Shown one piece after another: positions 55,347-64,000 of a DNA stretch of 64,000 nt. Position 1 is the stretch's first letter; each line of letters opens with the position of its first letter. The translations under genes were made by a program, and so were the position numbers. The notes beneath the pieces were generated by a model. It was not told the DNA's origin. It saw only the letters and a program-made list of their open reading frames with translations, and did not search any database. This stretch comes from an uncultured Rickettsiales bacterium. Its GTDB lineage: Bacteria > Pseudomonadota > Alphaproteobacteria > Rickettsiales > UBA1997. The stretch covers positions 7,921 through 71,920 of the forward strand of contig CAKVGI010000005.1 in NCBI GenBank assembly GCA_934747265.1, given 5' to 3'.

Positions 55347-57167
55347 TTATTCCTCTTCCTTCTGTCCTCTTGAATATTTCTTTCTATCAATTGCTGACAA
55401 ATATTTTTTTCTTAACCTTAATGTTTTTGGTGTTACCTCAACATATTCATCATCTTGAATATAAGTCATCATTTGTTCTAAAGACATTTTTACAGGAGGT
55501 GTTAAAACGATATGTTCATCGGATACAACAGATCTAACATTTGTTAGGTTTTTGGTTCTTTGAACGTTAACAACTAAATCGTTATCTTTAGCATGTTCAC
55601 CAACAATCATACCTTCATAAGCTTTTTCTTTTGGTCCAACAAACATAATTCCTCTGTCTTGAATACCAAATAAAGCATAAGGTATTGTCTCACCTTTATC
55701 CATACTAATTAAAACACCTTTTCTTAAGTTAGGAATTTCACCTTTATATTCTTGATAAGAATCAAAAATTCTGTTCAAAATACCAGTTCCCCTTGTGTCA
55801 GTTAAAAATTCACTTTGATAACCAATTAAACCCCTTGAAGGGATAATGAATACAAGTCTTGTTTTTCCAGCACCAGAAGGTTTCATTTCTTTTAATTCAC
55901 CTTTTCTTTTGCTTAATTTTTCAACAACTGTACCACTAAATTCATCATCAACGTCAACAACAACTTCTTCGTATGGTTCTAATTTTTTACCATTTTCTTC
56001 TTTCATGATAACTTTAGGTCTTCCAACTGTAAGCTCAAAGCCTTCTCTTCTCATTGTTTCAATAAGAACACCTAACTGTAATTCACCCCTTCCGCTTACT
56101 TGGAAAGTTTCAGTACTGTCAGTGTCTTCAACTTTAATTGCAACATTTGTTTCTGCTTCGGCATAAAGTCTGTCTCTAATTAACCTTGATGTTAATTTAT
56201 CACCTTCTTGTCCAGCAAGCGGAGAAGTATTAACGCCAATTGTGATAGACATTGTAGGTGGATCAATAGGAGTAGAATGTAAAACTTCTTCATTACTTGG
56301 ATCACAAATTGTATCAGAAACTGATGCTTTTGATAATCCAGCAATAGAAACTATATCACCTGCTTCTGCTTCATCTAAATCAACTTTTTTAATTCCTCTA
56401 AATGCTTGAATTTTTGTAATTTTTCCCCTTTCAACTACATTGCCATTTAAATCTAAAGCTTTAACTTGCATATTAGTTTTAGCTTTACCGCAATAGATTT
56501 TACCAGTTAAAATTCTTCCTAAAAATGGGTTTGCACTTAATGTAGTAGCAAGCATTTTAAATGTATCACCTTCTTCTATTTTTGGCTCTGGAACGTGTTT
56601 TAAAATTAAATCAAATAAAGGTTCCAAATTTTCACCTTTTTTAGATGGATCATCAGTACACCATCCTTCTCTACCAACTGCATATAATACAGGGAAATCT
56701 AATTGTTGATCGTTTGCACCTAAAGCACAGAATAAATCAAAAATTTCATCTAAAACTTCATTTGGTCTTGCATCTTGTCTATCAATTTTATTAATTACAA
56801 CTATTGGTCTAATACCTAATTTTAAAGCTTTTGAAAGCACAAATTTAGTTTGTGGTAATGGTCCTTCTGCTGAATCAACCAATAAAACAACACCATCAAC
56901 CATAGACAAAATACGCTCAACTTCACCACCAAAATCAGCGTGTCCTGGTGTATCAACTATATTTATTCTAGTTCCATTATGTTCAACTGATGTAACTTTT
57001 GCTAAAATTGTAATACCTCTTTCTCTTTCAAGGTCTCCACTATCCATAACCCTGTCAGCTACGGCTTCATTATTTCTAAAAGTACCACTTTGTTTTAACA
57101 TTTGATCTACAAGAGTAGTCTTTCCATGGTCAACATGGGCAATAATTGCTATATTTCTTAAATTCAT
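55347..57167 (-). CDS. typA: Translational GTPase TypA/BipA
   Basis: NIAIIAHVDHGKTTLVD, DTPGHADFGGEVER and NKIDR are present, and the length is 606 aa. Confidence 0.96.
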   Translation of the reverse strand: MNLRNIAIIAHVDHGKTTLVDQMLKQSGTFRNNEAVADRVMDSGDLERERGITILAKVTSVEHNGTRINIVDTPGHADFGGEVERILSMVDGVVLLVDSAEGPLPQTKFVLSKALKLGIRPIVVINKIDRQDARPNEVLDEIFDLFCALGANDQQLDFPVLYAVGREGWCTDDPSKKGENLEPLFDLILKHVPEPKIEEGDTFKMLATTLSANPFLGRILTGKIYCGKAKTNMQVKALDLNGNVVERGKITKIQAFRGIKKVDLDEAEAGDIVSIAGLSKASVSDTICDPSNEEVLHSTPIDPPTMSITIGVNTSPLAGQEGDKLTSRLIRDRLYAEAETNVAIKVEDTDSTETFQVSGRGELQLGVLIETMRREGFELTVGRPKVIMKEENGKKLEPYEEVVVDVDDEFSGTVVEKLSKRKGELKEMKPSGAGKTRLVFIIPSRGLIGYQSEFLTDTRGTGILNRIFDSYQEYKGEIPNLRKGVLISMDKGETIPYALFGIQDRGIMFVGPKEKAYEGMIVGEHAKDNDLVVNVQRTKNLTNVRSVVSDEHIVLTPPVKMSLEQMMTYIQDDEYVEVTPKTLRLRKKYLSAIDRKKYSRGQKEEE

Positions 57168-57473
57168 CTTATCTACTTTTTATTTATTTTCTAATTAGAA
57201 TAATACAATTCAATATATTAATACATAAAAAATTTAAAGTAAATAGAAAATTGTTATTAGTTTTGATATTAATAATTTTTAATTTAAATTCACAACTTTA
57301 TATTTTTTGTTTTTTAATTTAGTGTTTTAATAAATTTAAAATACCGTCAACCAATTCTACTAACTTTATTAATTTCCATCTTACATCTTAAAAACAAAAT
57401 CATAATCACAAAATACTTGTATTTAAATAAATATATTATAAATTGTATAAATAATAAAATACATCAAATTGCA

Positions 57474-59837
57474 ATGAAAAAATTATTTTTGCTCCTAATA
57501 TTTTTTATATTTTCATTTAACAAAATATTTGCAAAATCAAAATTAGATACGGTTGTAGCGGAAAGAATTGAAGCTGTTTCCACTGTAAATATTAATTATG
57601 ATGAAATAAATAGTCAGTTATCAGAGTTAGAAAAAATATTATTGAGCAAAAATGTAACAGTAAAAAATACAAATGATTATATTAAAATTCTAAATAATAT
57701 AGAAAATCAAATATTATCAGCAAAAAATGAAGATGAAACAAACTTGAATTTTGTCAAAAAAAGAATTGAATCATTGGGCGAACGACCTACAAATAATTCA
57801 AAAGAAGATATAACATTAATAAATAGAAGAAATGAGTTTGACGCAGAAGAAAAAATATTAAAATCAAAGATAGCTAAAAATGATTTAATTCTAATAAAAA
57901 TTGATGAATTAGAAAAAGTTGTAGTAAGTATTAGAAATAGGAATCTATTTGAAAATATTTTTAGTAGGCAAGCAAATATTTTAAACTCAACATTTTTTAT
58001 AGAAAATACTAAAAACTTTATAAAAATCAGTACTCAGACTGTAAAAACTGCAACTGATTATTATAATTCATTAAACAGTGAACAGCAAAAAAATAATAAA
58101 GATATTATATCAAATATATCATTAATATCCATATTTTCAATAGTAATAGGAATAATTATTAATATTTCCGTTAAAAAATATTTCAATTATTATAAGGTTA
58201 AAAAGCATAAATTAGATTACATAAATAAAATGATATTCGGAGTGTCATTTTTTGTCTCAAAAATTATAGCTCCAACAACAATTATAGGGGCGCTATTATT
58301 CTTTTTTAATAAAGATAATGCAAACTTTAATTTAATTTTCAGAGAATTCTTAATCTATATTTTTATTATATATGTGTTATTATGTATTTCAAGCTTAATA
58401 TTTTCGCCAAGAAATAGCGATTTGAGACTAATAAATATAGATGATAGTAAGGCGAAATACATTAATTGTGTTTTGTTTTCTTTAATTATTTTAATATTTA
58501 CCGTTAGTTTCTTTAAATATCTAGCAATAAAGCTTGAATATCATAATGATTTTGTAATATATTTAAAAGCTCTATCTTGTTTAATTAAAATTTTATGTAT
58601 AGTATTTTTCACAAAAATATTTTTTTCGGAACCAGAAGAAGAAAATTCAGAGGATACAGATAATGTCAGTTTGAGTATCAAAACAAAAATAAAAATTTTA
58701 ATATATTTATTTTCAGTAATTATATTCTTTATTTGTTTTACTGGCTATGTTAATTTAGCGTATTACATCCTAAATAAAACATTATTTTCTGCAATATTTA
58801 TTGGAATTGCTTATATTATTAGTAATGTAGTTAGCGTATTTTTCCATAGATTCCTATTGTTAAAATTCTGGACAAAATCTTTAAAAATAAACAGAAAACA
58901 GATAAATAAATTTGATATTTTATTATCTTTAATAATTGATCCAATAATCTTAATATTTTTAATATTTTCAATACTCGGTGTCTGGGGTGTTTCAATAAAT
59001 TTATTATTACAAAATATAAAAAATTTTCTAACAAGTTTCTATATTGGGGATGTAAAAATATCAATAATATCCATATTTACAGCCATAATAACTTTTTTTA
59101 TTTCATTAACAGTATTTAAAATAATAAAAACAAAACTATTAACCGCAACGCTTTCAAAAACTGATATGGATGATGGGGTTAAAGACTCCATAAGTTCGGG
59201 TTTTAGCTTCTTTGGATTTTTAGCTTCTGGATTTTTTGCAATTGCTGTCGTTGGTGGTAATTTTTCTAATTTAGCTATAATTGCTGGTGCTTTATCTTTT
59301 GGTGTAGGTTTGGGTTTACAAAATATTATAAATAATTTTGTATCTGGAATTTTAATATTATTTGAACGACCAATTAGAATAGGGGATATAGTCAACATAA
59401 ACGGACAAGAAGGAGTTGTAAGGCAAATAAATATCAGATCCACATTAATTGAGACAGGAACAAAAGATGTTATAATAATACCTAATTCAAACATTATATC
59501 TGGAATAGTTTTAAACAAAACATTAAATAACAAACAGACACGAATTGATTTAAATTTTACAGTTGATTGTGAAAATAATCCAGAAACAATTATTGAAATA
59601 TTACTTTACATAGCAAATGATAATCAACGAATTATGCAAAAACCAGCTCCGTTTGTTGCTTTTAATAATTTTACAAATAATATTTTAGACTTTACGTTAA
59701 AATTTTATATTAGTGATATTACCAACCAACAAAGTATAACAAATGAAATTATGATTACAGCATTTAATAAATTTAGAGAAATGAATATTAAATTACAAAA
59801 ACAAACGATTTATATAGAAAATAAGCAACAAAATTAA
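57474..59837 (+). CDS. Large mechanosensitive channel, MscK/KefA-like (MscS family)
   Basis: It has a signal peptide, a periplasmic coiled-coil region, multiple TM helices and an MscS core (GVGLGLQNIINNFVSGILILFERPIRIGDIV...GVVRQINIRST). The start is taken at ATG 57474. Confidence 0.88.
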   Translation: MKKLFLLLIFFIFSFNKIFAKSKLDTVVAERIEAVSTVNINYDEINSQLSELEKILLSKNVTVKNTNDYIKILNNIENQILSAKNEDETNLNFVKKRIESLGERPTNNSKEDITLINRRNEFDAEEKILKSKIAKNDLILIKIDELEKVVVSIRNRNLFENIFSRQANILNSTFFIENTKNFIKISTQTVKTATDYYNSLNSEQQKNNKDIISNISLISIFSIVIGIIINISVKKYFNYYKVKKHKLDYINKMIFGVSFFVSKIIAPTTIIGALLFFFNKDNANFNLIFREFLIYIFIIYVLLCISSLIFSPRNSDLRLINIDDSKAKYINCVLFSLIILIFTVSFFKYLAIKLEYHNDFVIYLKALSCLIKILCIVFFTKIFFSEPEEENSEDTDNVSLSIKTKIKILIYLFSVIIFFICFTGYVNLAYYILNKTLFSAIFIGIAYIISNVVSVFFHRFLLLKFWTKSLKINRKQINKFDILLSLIIDPIILIFLIFSILGVWGVSINLLLQNIKNFLTSFYIGDVKISIISIFTAIITFFISLTVFKIIKTKLLTATLSKTDMDDGVKDSISSGFSFFGFLASGFFAIAVVGGNFSNLAIIAGALSFGVGLGLQNIINNFVSGILILFERPIRIGDIVNINGQEGVVRQINIRSTLIETGTKDVIIIPNSNIISGIVLNKTLNNKQTRIDLNFTVDCENNPETIIEILLYIANDNQRIMQKPAPFVAFNNFTNNILDFTLKFYISDITNQQSITNEIMITAFNKFREMNIKLQKQTIYIENKQQN

Positions 59838-59875
59838 TCTTACCAAATTAAATAATTTAACATAATTATAAAATA

Positions 59876-59903
59876 AAACCATACTGCAAAGCAATATGGT
59901 TTT
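59876..59903. terminator. Hairpin between the convergent channel gene and the OmpA-family gene
   Basis: AAACCATA-11 nt-TATGGTTT. Confidence 0.55.
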
Positions 59904-59926
59904 ATAAATAACATATAGAAGCAATA

Positions 59927-60568
59927 TTATTCAGCTTGAACTAATGTTATTTCAACTCTTCTATTTTTTTCTCTACCTTTTGCTGTTGAATTTGAAGCTA
60001 TTGGATTTTTAGAACCATGACCCTCTATTAACATTCTGTTAGCACTTACGCCTTTTAATTTTAAATAATTAGCGACAGCGTTTGCTCTATTAAAAGATAA
60101 TGTGTTGTTTGTTGCTTTATTTCCAGTATTATCAGTATATCCGGCTATTTGAACATATGTTTTGTTGTATTTTTTTAATACTTTTGAAACTGATGTTAAT
60201 ACTGGTTTAAAAGAGTCTTTTACTTTGTATGAATTTGTATTAAATGTAATATTTCCAGGCATTACTAATACTATATCATTACCTTCTTTTACAACGCTAA
60301 CACCTGTACCTTGTAATTCTTGTCTTAATGCTCTTGCTTGAATATCCATATATCCGCCAGCTGCTGCACCTGCAACACCACCCGCTGCTGCACCAATTAA
60401 AGCACCTTTTTTACCCTTTGCAATTCCACCAACTGCTGCTCCACCTGCTGCACCAATAACTGTACCTTTTGCTGTATTTGAAATTTTTGTTTCACCTGTG
60501 TATGGATCAATAGCACAAGCGCTTAGAAGTACTAATATTAAAGTAAAAATTACAAAATTTTTTTTCAT
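59927..60568 (-). CDS. OmpA-family lipoprotein with a glycine-zipper region
   Basis: It has a lipobox (LLSAC), the Gly-zipper GAAGGAAVGGIAKG...GAAAGGVAGAAAGG, and the OmpA C-domain GYTDNTG....NTLSFNRANAVANYL...NRRVEITL. Confidence 0.9.
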   Translation of the reverse strand: MKKNFVIFTLILVLLSACAIDPYTGETKISNTAKGTVIGAAGGAAVGGIAKGKKGALIGAAAGGVAGAAAGGYMDIQARALRQELQGTGVSVVKEGNDIVLVMPGNITFNTNSYKVKDSFKPVLTSVSKVLKKYNKTYVQIAGYTDNTGNKATNNTLSFNRANAVANYLKLKGVSANRMLIEGHGSKNPIASNSTAKGREKNRRVEITLVQAE

Positions 60569-60603
60569 TTTTTTCCTTATAGTTATTAAAAATTAATAAA
60601 TTG

Positions 60604-61398
60604 TTATTTAAAAATACTAAAACCAATATTTATAAAATCTCCGTCAATTTCTTCACCAAAAGAAAATTCTTCGGATATATTATCCACAATATCCAATTCT
60701 TTTGCTAACGTTTGATTTTTGATATATTCTGCATTATCTTGTATTGCTTTTATTAGCTTTTGAGAAGATGTTTTTAATGATAATTTTATTCTATCAGATA
60801 AAACTAAATTTGCATCTTTTCTATTTTGTTGAATTATTCTAATTAAATCCCTAGCTAAACCTTCAAGCTCCAATTCTGGTGTAATATTGAAATCAAGCTC
60901 AATAATTGCCTTATTATTTGATAATGCTTGCATATTTTTGCTTTCTTTCTTAGGTTTTAATTTTATAGAATATTCATCTTTTTCCAAAATTGTATTAGCG
61001 ATTTCAACTTTATCACCATCAGCCTTTTTCCATTTGTTTTCTTTTACAGCTTTCATTATATCTCTTAATTTTTCACCGTATTTAGAACCTAATTTCTTCA
61101 AATCAACTTCTATAACAAATGTAGCAATTTTATCAATATCAGATTCAAAAACAACATTTTTAACATTTACTTCATCAGCAATTATGTCTTTATATTTTTT
61201 TAAATCTTCAATATCATTTCCTATTATTTTTATTTGATTTAAAGGTAATCTAACTCTAAGATTTTCTTTATCTCTTAAAAATAATGCAACAGAACATATT
61301 TCTTTTACTAAATCCATCTCTTTAACCAGCTCATCATCAAACTTGATATTTGAAACATCTGGATAATCTTGTAAATGTATAGAATCTAAATTACTCAT
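60604..61398 (-). CDS. Stand-alone homolog of the C-terminal ~260 residues of type 2 isoleucyl-tRNA synthetase
   Basis: SIHLQDYP...LRVRLPLNQ...IADEVNVKNV...ITPELELEGLARDLIRIIQQNRKDANL matches the IleRS C-terminal anticodon-binding/junction region. It has its own ATG. No catalytic domain lies upstream, only a 153-bp AT-rich spacer and then divergent gyrB. Confidence 0.7.
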   Translation of the reverse strand: MSNLDSIHLQDYPDVSNIKFDDELVKEMDLVKEICSVALFLRDKENLRVRLPLNQIKIIGNDIEDLKKYKDIIADEVNVKNVVFESDIDKIATFVIEVDLKKLGSKYGEKLRDIMKAVKENKWKKADGDKVEIANTILEKDEYSIKLKPKKESKNMQALSNNKAIIELDFNITPELELEGLARDLIRIIQQNRKDANLVLSDRIKLSLKTSSQKLIKAIQDNAEYIKNQTLAKELDIVDNISEEFSFGEEIDGDFINIGFSIFK

Positions 61399-61518
61399 AC
61401 TTAAAAAATTGATTTAATAAATTCATATTAAAACTTAAATTATTTTTTTACAATAAAAATATTATTCAGCATAAAAAAATTTTACTTGAAATTAATTTAT
61501 TAATTTTTATGATATTGA

Positions 61519-63996
<2,478 letters not shown>

Positions 63997-64000
63997 TCAA

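Overview
This is a strongly AT-rich, gene-dense bacterial chromosome window. It uses the standard genetic code: TGA ends well-supported genes such as mrdA at 7018-7020 and the epsilon-like gene at 14972-14974. About 45 core genes can be called from motifs, including thrS (5' part), mreD-mrdA-recO, dnaE, plsY, iscS, pfk, recR, cmk, pyrH, tsf, rpsB, ybeY-fabH-plsX-rpmF, fhs, hslU, trxA, rpsA, typA and gyrB. The gene content suggests a Gram-negative, fermentative and possibly host-associated organism: lone HydG, lone PFL-activase, formate-THF ligase, PFK, an AMP/thymidine-phosphorylase-family gene, a long GyrB and six-domain S1. I cannot assign a taxon. No integrase, transposase, rRNA or CRISPR array was seen. 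Three things stand out. (1) Two homologous non-coding loci, 0.7 kb and 1.2 kb long (23945-24650 and 31750-32930), lie in inverted orientation. Each holds two different arrays of GC-clamped hairpin repeats around an AT-rich spacer. Together they bracket the rpsB-tsf-[MmeI-like type IIG R-M + XRE]-pyrH segment. I know no described element class that fits them. (2) An accessory island (about 46.0-55.3 kb, between rpsA and typA) is organised by three near-identical direct repeats that carry a radA 3' fragment. It contains a HAD/MDH-like fusion with one in-frame TGA, an atypical tRNA, an overlapping FolE-like/CYTH/unknown operon with a frameshifted XRE regulator, a possible RiPP-like remnant, a duplicated CYTH gene end, and a DUF262-HNH nuclease. 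(3) Several genes are orphaned from their usual partners: an HK97 capsid, an ATP-synthase epsilon plus small membrane protein, hslU without hslV, and a stand-alone IleRS C-terminal domain. All calls rest on reading the translations and sequence by eye. No database search was run.
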